Positions 28,049 through 36,905 of a stretch of DNA of 64,000 bases are shown here, one piece after another; position 1 is the stretch's first letter; every line of letters starts with the position of its first letter. The DNA lies in NCBI GenBank assembly GCA_964342515.1, contig CAYFFP010000001.1, positions 78,204-142,203 on the forward strand, read 5' to 3'. The translations under genes and the position numbers were made by a program. This stretch comes from an uncultured Candidatus Saccharibacteria bacterium. Lineage in GTDB: Bacteria; Patescibacteriota; Minisyncoccia; Phycocordibacterales; Zambryskibacteraceae. The notes beneath the pieces were generated by a model. It made no database searches. It was not told the origin of the DNA and saw only the letters and a program-made list of their open reading frames with translations.

Positions 28049-28324
28049 ATGAAAACGATGCTTAATGTAAAAACCGATAGCAAACTTAAGAAAGACGCTC
28101 AAAGAACAGCCAAAGAAGCGGGTATACCTATAAGTTTAGTTGTAAATAGTGCTCTGAAGAAGTTCGTGGCGCAGCGCTCAATTATTATAGAAGCGCCGCT
28201 TATTCCTAATGCCAAAACGGCTAAAATTCTCGACAGAGCTTTGAAGGACATTAAAGCTGGTAAAAATCTTTCTCCTGTATTTAAGACTGCGGCAGAAATG
28301 GATCGCTATCTTAATTCTTTATGA
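28049..28324 (+). CDS. RelB/DinJ-family antitoxin
   Basis: KTDSKLKKDAQRTAKEAGIPISLVVNSALKKF is the ribbon-helix-helix DinJ pattern. Overlaps the toxin gene (ATGA). Confidence 0.6.
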   Translation: MKTMLNVKTDSKLKKDAQRTAKEAGIPISLVVNSALKKFVAQRSIIIEAPLIPNAKTAKILDRALKDIKAGKNLSPVFKTAAEMDRYLNSL

Positions 28325-28581
28325 ACCCCGAACTTCATCGTAGTTTCAACAAAGATTATAAAAAACTTCCAGAAAAATTAAAAAGACAATTTAAAATCCG
28401 AAGAAACCTATTTTTAGGAAACCCATTTAACCGTATTCTCAATAACCACGAGCTTCATGGCAGTTATGAAGATTGTAGGAGCATCAACATTACCGGCGAC
28501 TATCGCGCCGTCTATTTTATGAAAAAAGATGCGGCCATTTTTATCCGCATAGGCACTCACAGCGAATTGTTTGGAAAGTGA
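28321..28581 (+). CDS. YafQ/RelE-family mRNA interferase toxin
   Basis: HELHGSYEDCRSINITGDYRAVYF...IFIRIGTHSELF matches the YafQ C-terminal signature (RtGtHsdLF). Confidence 0.65.
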   Translation: MNPELHRSFNKDYKKLPEKLKRQFKIRRNLFLGNPFNRILNNHELHGSYEDCRSINITGDYRAVYFMKKDAAIFIRIGTHSELFGK

Positions 28582-28595
28582 TATAATCAAACATC

Positions 28596-29174
28596 ATGCA
28601 AAACACAGTCACAAAGTGGTCGGTAATTTTAGGTATCGTTATAGTGCTTAACTTGTTTTTCAACTACACGATTTCTCTAGTTTATGAGAGACCGGATTAC
28701 GAAGATTACTGCCCGCAGTCGCAAGTAGTGGTCGTGCCAGATACGCAGGAGGAGTGCGTGGCGGAAGGCGGACAATGGACTGACAACGCCTATTACAGCA
28801 AGCCCATTCGTCCGGAATTCCCGGAGCCAGTTGGCTACTGCGACCTTCAATACACTTGCAGACAGGAATACGAATCAGCCCACGATACTTATCAAAGAAA
28901 TGTTTTCGTCGTCTTGGTAGTGCTTGGTGCGCTCTCGGTCCTGGTTGGCTCCGCCAGCTGGCGGATTTTCAGGGGTAATGTGGTGATATCCAACGGTCTC
29001 TCGCTGGCCGGATTATTCTCCTTCATCATCGCCAGCATCCGCTACTGGGGCTCGGCAGATAATCTGATCAGAGTTATAATCCTCGCCATCGCATTGGGAA
29101 TCCTCTTCTGGATTGCGATGAAAAAATTCAATGACCAAAATGACCGAGTACGACCCGAAGGAAATAGAGAGTAA
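28596..29174 (+). CDS. Hypothetical membrane protein with Cys-rich extracytoplasmic region
   Basis: 192 aa, N- and C-terminal TM helices. Confidence 0.4.
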   Translation: MQNTVTKWSVILGIVIVLNLFFNYTISLVYERPDYEDYCPQSQVVVVPDTQEECVAEGGQWTDNAYYSKPIRPEFPEPVGYCDLQYTCRQEYESAHDTYQRNVFVVLVVLGALSVLVGSASWRIFRGNVVISNGLSLAGLFSFIIASIRYWGSADNLIRVIILAIALGILFWIAMKKFNDQNDRVRPEGNRE

Positions 29175-31908
29175 ATGGCAGAAAAATTGGGAAGAATCTG
29201 GTATTTACCGCGCGGAGGATAAGTCGAAGAAGCCAAAGTATTATACCCTCATAGAATTTCCGTATCCGTCGGGAGATGGGCTACATGTCGGACATCCGCG
29301 TCCTTACATTGGACTGGATGTTGTATCACGCAAGCGCAGGATGCAGGGTTACAACGTGCTTTATCCCATTGGCTGGGACGCTTTCGGCTTGCCCACAGAA
29401 AATTACGCGATAAAGACCGGCAAAGATCCGCGGCAGGTAACGAAAGAAAATACAAATACCTTCCGCCGGCAAATCCAATCTCTCGGCATCTCTTTCGATT
29501 GGTCAAGAGAGATTAATACTACCGACCCAAAGTATTACAAATGGACGCAATGGATTTTCTTAAAACTACTTGAGCACGGCTTGGCTTACAAAGCCAAGAT
29601 TCCGGTCAACTGGTGCCCGAAAGACAAAATTGTTTTGGCCAATGAAGAAGTGGTGAATGGCTGCTGCGAACGTTGCGGTACGCCGGTAGAACAGAAGGAG
29701 AGGGAGCAATGGATGCTCGCTATTACCAAATACGCGGACAGATTACTCTCCGGTCTCGATGAGGTTGATTATCCGGAGCGGGTGAAAGTTCAGCAGAGGA
29801 ATTGGATAGGAAAGTCTGAAGGGGCTCTCATTAAGTTCGACGATATAGAAGTTTTCACTACTCGGCCGGACACAATTTTCGGCGCGACTTTCTTGGTGAA
29901 AGCGGGCAAAGAAGATAAATTTACCGGAGAGTACGTAACTAATCCAGTGACCAAAGAAAAAATTCCTGTCTGGGAAGCGGAATATGTGTATTCCGACTAT
30001 GGCACAGGCGCGATCATGGCCGTGCCCGCTCATGATGAGCGTGATTATGAGTTTGCAAAGAAGCACGACATCCCGATACGACAAGTTATTATCCCTAAGT
30101 ACACTGATCCAAGTAACCCACATCGAGAAGGCAAAGAAACAGTTTTTAGAAACGCTGTAATTGTAATTCTTCGAAATCCGAAAACAGCTGAAATTCTTAC
30201 TTTAAAATGGAAGAAGTTACCTTGGACTACATTTGTAATGGGGGGCATTGAAAAAGAAGAAACTCCTGAACAAGCCGCTGTTAGAGAGATATTAGAAGAG
30301 ACGGGATACAAGAATGTAAGAATCATAAAACTTCTAGGTGGCCAGATACACAATGAATTTTTCGCCGAGCATAAAAATGAGAATCGAATTGTGCATACTC
30401 AGGGAATATTTGCTGAGCTTGTAGATGAGGAGCGAGAGAAAATTTCTCAGGAAGAAGGGGATAAATATGAAATTGAATGGATTAAAGAAATAGAAGTTGA
30501 TCCTAGAGATCTTAAGCATACTGAAGCAGAAGAATTATTGAGAAGAATAAATGTGGATGAATCGTATATCGGAGAGGGTTTGCTTATAAATTCTAATGGA
30601 TTTGACGGACTTACATCAGAAGAGGCCAGAGAGAAGATTACCGAAAAATTCGGCAAAAAGGTTATTAAGTACAAATTGCGTGATTGGGTCTTCTCCCGCC
30701 AGCGCTATTGGGGAGAGCCGATACCGGTGGTGCACTGCGAGAAATGTGGAGTTGTTGCCGTTCCCGAATCAGAACTTCCGGTAAAGTTGCCGGAAGTGAA
30801 GAATTATCAGCCGACCGATACTGGTGAATCGCCTTTAGCAAATATTAAAGAGTTTGTTGACACCGAGTGTCAACAGTGCGGGGGAAAGGCCAAGAGGGAA
30901 ACGGACGTGATGCCCAATTGGGCGGGTTCCTCGTGGTATTTCTTACGCTACACCGATCCGCATAATGATAAGGAGTTTGCATCAATGGAAAAATTGAAAT
31001 ACTGGATGGGGGATGCCAGCTTGCCCCGTACCGAGCGAAGCTCTGGTACTGGGGTGGATTGGTACAACGGCGGGATGGAGCATACTGTGCTTCACCTTCT
31101 CTACTCGCGCTTCTGGAATAAATTCCTTTTCGACATCGGTGCGGTACCGGTAGATGAGCCGTACAAGAAACGTACTTCCCATGGATTGATTCTCGCCGAA
31201 GGCGGGGAGAAAATGAGTAAGTCCAAGGGCAACGTCATCAATCCCGACTCGATCGTTCTACGCTTCGGCGCTGACACTCTGCGTTTGTATGAGATGTTTA
31301 TGGGACCCTTCGAGCAGGCAATCGCGTGGAATGACAGCTCGCTTGTGGGACCGAGAAGATTTCTTGAAAAAATTTGGAGACTACGGGAGAAACTTCCGAC
31401 CTCACCCGGCTTTCAGCCACCCTCTCCTAGCGCAAGGAGAGGGGCAGGGGGTGAGGTGAATTTTCATCAAGCTATCAAAAAAGTTTCCGACGATATCGAG
31501 ACGCTTGGATTTAACACGGCCGTCTCGACTCTAATGATCTTTGCTAATGATCTGGATAAGAAAGAAAAAATTTCAAAAGAAGAATACGAAACTTTGCTCA
31601 AGCTTCTCGCGCCGTTCGCGCCACACATGACAGAAGAGTTATGGCATGAACTTGGACATAAAGATTCGATACATGAAGAAGAGTGGCCGACTTACGATGA
31701 AACAAAACTTGTGCCAGAGACTGTTACGATTGTGGTTCAGGTCAACGGCAAGGTAAGGGGCAAATTTGCGGCCAGAGCAAATTTGAAAGAAAAAGAAATC
31801 CTAGAGAAAGCGAAGGAGTTGCCGGAAATACAAAAGTGGCTTGGGGACAAAAAAGTGGAGAAGTCAATTTATGTGCCGAAAAAATTGATAAATTTCGTCG
31901 TAAAATAG
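29131..31908 (+). CDS. leuS: Leucyl-tRNA synthetase with inserted NUDIX hydrolase domain
   Basis: HIGH region PYPSGDGLHVGH. Editing motif TTRPDT. AVPAHDERDYEFA. KMSKS present. C-terminus VQVNGKVRGKF. A perfect Nudix box GGIEKEETPEQAAVREILEETGY lies at approx 30235-30303, inside an AT-rich segment (approx 30120-30560). Confidence 0.9.
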   Translation: MTKMTEYDPKEIESKWQKNWEESGIYRAEDKSKKPKYYTLIEFPYPSGDGLHVGHPRPYIGLDVVSRKRRMQGYNVLYPIGWDAFGLPTENYAIKTGKDPRQVTKENTNTFRRQIQSLGISFDWSREINTTDPKYYKWTQWIFLKLLEHGLAYKAKIPVNWCPKDKIVLANEEVVNGCCERCGTPVEQKEREQWMLAITKYADRLLSGLDEVDYPERVKVQQRNWIGKSEGALIKFDDIEVFTTRPDTIFGATFLVKAGKEDKFTGEYVTNPVTKEKIPVWEAEYVYSDYGTGAIMAVPAHDERDYEFAKKHDIPIRQVIIPKYTDPSNPHREGKETVFRNAVIVILRNPKTAEILTLKWKKLPWTTFVMGGIEKEETPEQAAVREILEETGYKNVRIIKLLGGQIHNEFFAEHKNENRIVHTQGIFAELVDEEREKISQEEGDKYEIEWIKEIEVDPRDLKHTEAEELLRRINVDESYIGEGLLINSNGFDGLTSEEAREKITEKFGKKVIKYKLRDWVFSRQRYWGEPIPVVHCEKCGVVAVPESELPVKLPEVKNYQPTDTGESPLANIKEFVDTECQQCGGKAKRETDVMPNWAGSSWYFLRYTDPHNDKEFASMEKLKYWMGDASLPRTERSSGTGVDWYNGGMEHTVLHLLYSRFWNKFLFDIGAVPVDEPYKKRTSHGLILAEGGEKMSKSKGNVINPDSIVLRFGADTLRLYEMFMGPFEQAIAWNDSSLVGPRRFLEKIWRLREKLPTSPGFQPPSPSARRGAGGEVNFHQAIKKVSDDIETLGFNTAVSTLMIFANDLDKKEKISKEEYETLLKLLAPFAPHMTEELWHELGHKDSIHEEEWPTYDETKLVPETVTIVVQVNGKVRGKFAARANLKEKEILEKAKELPEIQKWLGDKKVEKSIYVPKKLINFVVK

Positions 31909-31914
31909 GCGGTC

Positions 31915-31945
31915 TTGACACGGGAAACGTCAAGTGATAGAAATA
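31915..31945 (+). promoter_or_regulatory. Sigma70-like promoter (TTGACA-17nt-TAGAAAT) upstream of 31963 gene
   Basis: cttgacacgggaaacgtcaagtgatagaaat. Confidence 0.4.
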
Positions 31946-31962
31946 GGCCAAGAAACTAAAGT

Positions 31963-32997
31963 ATGGAAAAGATTAATTTGAACTTCAAGCCCAAAGATGT
32001 GAGCAAGAAGCTCTTGTCCGCGCTTCCCAAAAGGGCGCAGGACGTTATCATTTCCCGCTATGGTCTGGGCGGCAAAGCACAGCGGCTCACTCTCGACGCC
32101 ATCGGTAAGAAGTACAACATTACCCGCGAGCGCGTGAGACAGATCGAAAATCACTCCCTCGCTATCATCAGGAAGTCCAAAGCTTACGAAGAGCTTGAAC
32201 CGGTCTTCACCGAGCTCAAAGCGCTCATCGTTGAGCTGGGCGGCATCGTGTCGGAGAAAGACCTTTTAAACCACTTGAGCAAAGACGCGAGCGCCCAGAA
32301 TCATTTCCACTTCTTGCTTGTTATCGGCGAAGAATTCGAGCGTTTTAAGGAGGATGAGGAATTCAAGCACCGCTGGCATGTCGATAAGGAGCTCGCGGAT
32401 AAAATTCACGCCGCTTTGCGCAAACTCTACTCCAAGCTTTCCGACGATGAGCTGGTCTTCGAGTCCGACATCATCGACTCCTTCCTCGACGAGGTAAAGG
32501 ATATTAACGAGAAGTACAAGAACGAAGAGGTGATCAAGCGCTGGCTCTCCATCTCGCATAAAATCGGCAAGAATCCTTTAGGCGAATGGGGCAAATCCTC
32601 TTCTTCCAACGTCAATGCCAAGGGCATGAGAGACTACGCCTTCTTAGTTATCAGGAAGCACGGTTCGCCTATCCATTTCAAGGAAGTGGCCAAGGCCATT
32701 TCGCAATACTTCAACAAGAAGGCCCATGTCGCCACCACCCACAACGAGCTCATCAAGGACCCGCGCTTCGTGCTTGTCGGCCGCGGACTCTACGCTTTAG
32801 CCGAGTGGGGTTATATGTCGGGCGTGGTCAAAGATGTCATTAAGAAAATTTTAGAGAAGGAAGGGCCGCTCTCCAAGGAGAAAATCGTGGAGAAGGTGCT
32901 CAAAGAGCGCTACGTCAAGGAGAACACTATTCTCGTCAATCTCCAGAATCCGAAATATTTCAAAAAGGACAGAGAGAACCGCTACCATAACGTTTGA
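31963..32997 (+). CDS. Protein with N-terminal sigma-70 region-4-like HTH and C-terminal helical domains
   Basis: LTLDAIGKKYNITRERVRQIENHSLAIIRK is the classic region-4.2 HTH. No region 2 was detected. Confidence 0.5.
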   Translation: MEKINLNFKPKDVSKKLLSALPKRAQDVIISRYGLGGKAQRLTLDAIGKKYNITRERVRQIENHSLAIIRKSKAYEELEPVFTELKALIVELGGIVSEKDLLNHLSKDASAQNHFHFLLVIGEEFERFKEDEEFKHRWHVDKELADKIHAALRKLYSKLSDDELVFESDIIDSFLDEVKDINEKYKNEEVIKRWLSISHKIGKNPLGEWGKSSSSNVNAKGMRDYAFLVIRKHGSPIHFKEVAKAISQYFNKKAHVATTHNELIKDPRFVLVGRGLYALAEWGYMSGVVKDVIKKILEKEGPLSKEKIVEKVLKERYVKENTILVNLQNPKYFKKDRENRYHNV

Positions 32998-33017
32998 GAG
33001 TTGTGTAAAATAGAGGA

Positions 33018-34265
33018 ATGTTAGAAGACTTCCTAGTTCTCTTTAAGCAAGAAATATTCTTAAGGGCTGTCCAAGTTCTCCTCGCTACTTGGCCGGTGTG
33101 GCTGCCGATAATAGCCATTAACGTGGCCTTCCGGTTATGGCTCGATTACATCAGGAGCTCTTGGGTGAGTTCGCAGGGTTATGTGCTCCTCGAAATAAAA
33201 TTGCCCAAAGACCAGCCCAAATCTCCGGCCGCCATGGAGTTCGTCTTAAACGGCATCTGGGAAAACGCCAATATCGCTACTCCGGCGGACGCCTTCTGGG
33301 AAGGCAAGATGAGAGAGTGGTTCTCTCTCGAGATAGTGGCGATCGGCGGAGAGGTCCGGCTTTTTGTCTGGGCTTTCCCGCGCTGGAAGAAGATTATCGA
33401 GTCGAGAATCTACGCCCAATACCCGGGGGCGGAAGTGGTCGAGGTCAAAGATTACGCCTTAGACCTTCGCTACGTTCCCGAGCAGACCTTTGTTTCGGGA
33501 GTACAGACCGCGCTGGTCAAAGCCGACGCTTATCCCATCAAGACTTATGTAGAATACGAGCTTGATAAAAAGAAAGGCGACGAGCAGGAGGAGATCGTCG
33601 ACCCCTTAACGCCGGTGCTCGAGTATCTCGGCACCTTCGGTCCGCGCGAAGTGGGCGGCATCCAGATACTTTTGCGCGCCCACGCGGCGGAGGGCTATCT
33701 TTACGGTCGTCTTATAAAGAAGAAGGACTGGAGCGACGATATCAAGGAAGAAATAAAGAAAATTATAGAAAAAGAAACTTTGGTAAAACCGGAGAAGGAC
33801 AAACCACAAACCTTGATGGCTCTGACAGAGGACCAGAAGGAAGTAATCAAGTCCATCCAGAGAAATGCCGGGAAGCTTGCCTTCGACGCCATGATCCGCC
33901 TGCTCTACGTCGCGCCGCAGGATAATCACGAAAAGACGCGGATGATGGGGCTCATCGGTTCGATGCGCCAGTTCGGCTCGAAGAACTTAAACGGCATCAA
34001 GCCCACTTTCCCCTTCAGTTTTCCTCATGCGTGGCAGGACGTGAACGGCATCCGCAAGCGGGAGCGGCTTAATATTCTCGTAGATTCCTACAAGAGGCGC
34101 GCCTTCTTCGGCCCCAAGCATCGCCACCGTTTCAATAAGCCGTATATCCTCACCACCGAGGAGGTGGCAACCCTCTTCCATATCCCCGGCGCGGTGGCTA
34201 CCACGCCGACTTTGAAACGGGCTCCCTCCAAGAAGGCCGAAGCCCCGGCCAATCTGCCGATCTGA
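33018..34265 (+). CDS. Hypothetical protein with N-terminal TM helix
   Basis: 415 aa; no motif. Confidence 0.45.
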   Translation: MLEDFLVLFKQEIFLRAVQVLLATWPVWLPIIAINVAFRLWLDYIRSSWVSSQGYVLLEIKLPKDQPKSPAAMEFVLNGIWENANIATPADAFWEGKMREWFSLEIVAIGGEVRLFVWAFPRWKKIIESRIYAQYPGAEVVEVKDYALDLRYVPEQTFVSGVQTALVKADAYPIKTYVEYELDKKKGDEQEEIVDPLTPVLEYLGTFGPREVGGIQILLRAHAAEGYLYGRLIKKKDWSDDIKEEIKKIIEKETLVKPEKDKPQTLMALTEDQKEVIKSIQRNAGKLAFDAMIRLLYVAPQDNHEKTRMMGLIGSMRQFGSKNLNGIKPTFPFSFPHAWQDVNGIRKRERLNILVDSYKRRAFFGPKHRHRFNKPYILTTEEVATLFHIPGAVATTPTLKRAPSKKAEAPANLPI

Positions 34266-35113
34266 TGTTTAAAGTTCTTGCCATCTCTTTATTAATTCTG
34301 GTCTGGGGTATCGCGCCGCCGGTAAATTTCCCGACCGATTCCATTATCGAGGCGCCGGAAGGCGCCGGCTTATATACTCTGTCGCTGAAGCTGAAAGAAG
34401 AACACGTCATCCGTTCGCCGGTGTGGTTTCGCGCCATGGCTGTTCTCATGCGCGGCGAACGCGAGATGAAAGCGGGGCAGTATTACCTGCCGCGGCCGCA
34501 AAGCGTCATAGCGATAGCGTGGAGAATTTTTGCCGGCGATTATCAGGTTGAAAGCGTAAAGCTCACTGTGCCGGAAGGATTTACCGTGGAGAAAATTTCC
34601 GCTCTCTTCAACGAACGATTCCCGTTCTTTGATAATGCGACATTCGAAGCGGCGGCTCCGCAGGGGTATCTCTTCCCGGACACGTACTTCGTGCCGGTAA
34701 CCGCCACCGCCAGCTCGACCATTAAACTTTTGGGCGATAATTTCATCAGGAAAATTTCCCCGATTTTGCCGGAAATCGAATTGTCCAAGAAGTCACTCGA
34801 AGAAGTCATTGCCATGGCCTCGCTCATAGAAGCCGAAGCCAACAATCAAGACGACCGGCTGATGGTCTCGGACGTGCTCTGGAAGCGTTTGAAGCTCGGC
34901 ATGCCGCTTCAGGTGGATGTGGAGATGAAGACCTATGAATTTCAAGGCCTGCCGAAAAGTCCGATCAATAATCCCGGCCTCCTCTCTATACAAGCCGCCC
35001 TTCGCCCGACCACTACGCCATATCTCTACTATTTGACCGGCGATGACGGCAACATGTATTATTCCCGCACTTTCGACGAACATGTCGCCAAAAAACAAAA
35101 ATACATCAGGTAA
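34265..35113 (+). CDS. mltG: Endolytic murein transglycosylase MltG (YceG family)
   Basis: ASLIEAEAN...VLWKRLKLGMPLQVD and GLPKSPINNPG blocks. Confidence 0.8.
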   Translation: MFKVLAISLLILVWGIAPPVNFPTDSIIEAPEGAGLYTLSLKLKEEHVIRSPVWFRAMAVLMRGEREMKAGQYYLPRPQSVIAIAWRIFAGDYQVESVKLTVPEGFTVEKISALFNERFPFFDNATFEAAAPQGYLFPDTYFVPVTATASSTIKLLGDNFIRKISPILPEIELSKKSLEEVIAMASLIEAEANNQDDRLMVSDVLWKRLKLGMPLQVDVEMKTYEFQGLPKSPINNPGLLSIQAALRPTTTPYLYYLTGDDGNMYYSRTFDEHVAKKQKYIR

Positions 35114-36155
35114 GGTTTACCCTGAGCGAAGTCGAAGGGTTTTTGTCGGACTCTCGGGTGGAGTAGACAGTGCTGTCTCGGCAGCACTTCTAAAAGAACA
35201 GGGGTACGATGTCACAGGAGTATTCATCAGAGCGTGGCAGCCTGAATGGATGTCATGCACTTGGAGAGAAGAGCGGCGCGACGCGATGAAGGTTTGTCTC
35301 GCTCTTGGTATCCCATTTCTCTTTTTCGATTTCGAGAAAGAATACAAGCAAGCAGTAGTGGATAAAATGCTCGCCGAATACAAGGCCGGCCGGACGCCGA
35401 ATCCGGATGTGCTCTGCAATAAGGAAATTAAATTCGGACTTTTTTGGAATAAAGCCAAAGAGCTCGGCGCCGACTGCATCGCCACCGGGCATTATCTATC
35501 GGGAGAGAAAGACCAAAGTTATTTCCTCTGGATGCTGACACAGGAAGATCTTTCTCATGCTTTGTTTCCCGTCGACCATTTAGAAAAAAGGGAAGTAAGA
35601 GAATTGGCGAAAAGATACAAACTGCCAGTGGCTGAAAAGAAGGATAGCCAAGGTATTTGCTTCATGGGGGATGTCAGTATGGAAGATTTTCTTCCTCACT
35701 TTATCGAGGCTAAATCCGGTGAGGTCTTAAATACGAAAAAAGAAATCATCGGCACCCATCGGGGCCTTGTTCATTACACCATCGGTGAGCGGCACGGGTT
35801 TGAGGTTACTAAGAAAGGTGTCGAGAGCGGGCCGTTCTATGTTGTCGGCAAAGATATTAAGAAAAATACTTTGATTGTCTCGGATGAAGAGTCGGAGATC
35901 GCAAAACTTTCACCGAAGAAAATTTCATTAAAAAATTTAAACTGGGCGGCCGAACCAGTGGAGCAGGTCGTTGCCCAAATCCGCTACCGCGGGGAGAAGT
36001 TGCCGGTAAAAATTTCACACAATATAGCGGAGTTCGAAAGTCCCGTTAGAGGCCTTTCCCTCGGCCAATCCATTGTATTCTACCCCGTAAAGTCTGGTGA
36101 CCACGGGGCAGGTCTCCCGCTCGGCGGCGCGGTAATGGACAAAGTTCTGGAGTGA
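35082..36155 (+). CDS. mnmA: tRNA-specific 2-thiouridylase MnmA
   Basis: PP-loop VFVGLSGGVDSAV. KAGRTPNPDVLCNKEIKF. DSQGICFMG. Start chosen at an internal ATG of ORF 35043..36155 (overlaps the mltG end); exact start uncertain. Confidence 0.85.
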   Translation: MSPKNKNTSGKVYPERSRRVFVGLSGGVDSAVSAALLKEQGYDVTGVFIRAWQPEWMSCTWREERRDAMKVCLALGIPFLFFDFEKEYKQAVVDKMLAEYKAGRTPNPDVLCNKEIKFGLFWNKAKELGADCIATGHYLSGEKDQSYFLWMLTQEDLSHALFPVDHLEKREVRELAKRYKLPVAEKKDSQGICFMGDVSMEDFLPHFIEAKSGEVLNTKKEIIGTHRGLVHYTIGERHGFEVTKKGVESGPFYVVGKDIKKNTLIVSDEESEIAKLSPKKISLKNLNWAAEPVEQVVAQIRYRGEKLPVKISHNIAEFESPVRGLSLGQSIVFYPVKSGDHGAGLPLGGAVMDKVLE

Positions 36156-36192
36156 TTCATCTGTGGATAATCCCAGAGTGTTGAAAATCACT

Positions 36193-36232
36193 ATACGTTA
36201 TAATTATGCGATCGCATATAGATAGCGTATGG
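36193..36232 (+). promoter_or_regulatory. 40-nt promoter/operator-like element (TATAAT + palindrome TGCGATCGCA), copy 1
   Basis: atacgttataattatgcgatcgcatatagatagcgtatgg. The ATG of the PaaX-like gene lies within it. Second copy at 36813-36852 (35/40 identical). Confidence 0.55.
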
Positions 36233-36804
36233 GGAAACTGGAAGAAAAAAGTGGGAAAAGAAGCAGAAAGAAGAATCTGCAACGGATAATCCTCTCAACT
36301 ATCGCGGGAGCGGGCATTTTGAGCGTTGGTTTGCTTGCCCCGAATGTAATAGGCGCAATGGGCAAGTTGGGCCTTATTCCCAGCAGAAGGCAGAAAGAAT
36401 ATGTAAGTTCTTCCGCCAGCAAGATGGTAAAGAAGGGATTGCTTAGATTTAACGGTAAATTTTATGAGCTTACGTTGTCGGGCCAAGAGCATCTACGCCG
36501 ATGGGAGTTTGCGGACTTTAGGTTTAAAAAGCCGAAAAAGTGGGATGGAAAATGGCGCGTGATGATATTTGATATTCCGGAGAGCAAGAAGATAGTTAGA
36601 AATAAGTTAACCACGCTTTTTCGACAGGCTGGTATTGTCCGTTTGCAAAACAGCGTATGGGTCTATCCCTATGATTGCGAAGATGTCATTGCCTTATTGA
36701 AAACGGACTTCGGAATAGGGAAGAATCTCTTATATTTAATTGTTGATGAATTGGAAAATGATAAATATCTTCGCGAAGAATTTGGGTTGACGAAGTATTT
36801 ATGA
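36229..36804 (+). CDS. PaaX-like transcriptional regulator (wHTH + PaaX_C-like domain)
   Basis: KWDGKWRVMIFDIPESKKIVRNKLTTLFRQAGIVRLQNSVWVYP resembles the PaaX C-terminal block (WdGsW..v.ydvPE...R..LR..L.wlGFG.L..svWisP). Confidence 0.45.
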   Translation: MGKLEEKSGKRSRKKNLQRIILSTIAGAGILSVGLLAPNVIGAMGKLGLIPSRRQKEYVSSSASKMVKKGLLRFNGKFYELTLSGQEHLRRWEFADFRFKKPKKWDGKWRVMIFDIPESKKIVRNKLTTLFRQAGIVRLQNSVWVYPYDCEDVIALLKTDFGIGKNLLYLIVDELENDKYLREEFGLTKYL

Positions 36805-36812
36805 CTGCTTGC

Positions 36813-36852
36813 ATACGTTATTATTATGCGGTCGCACAAAGATAGCGTAGGT
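36813..36852 (+). promoter_or_regulatory. 40-nt promoter/operator-like element, copy 2 (upstream of 36906 gene)
   Basis: atacgttattattatgcggtcgcacaaagatagcgtaggt. Confidence 0.55.
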
Positions 36853-36905
36853 GTGATGATATAAGCAAAAAGGTTGAAAAGAATTTTCAATGCTATAATT
36901 CTTTC

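Noticed and set aside
33137-33565. 142-aa Arg-rich ORF
   Set aside because: Alternative frame inside the 33018..34265 gene; low-complexity.
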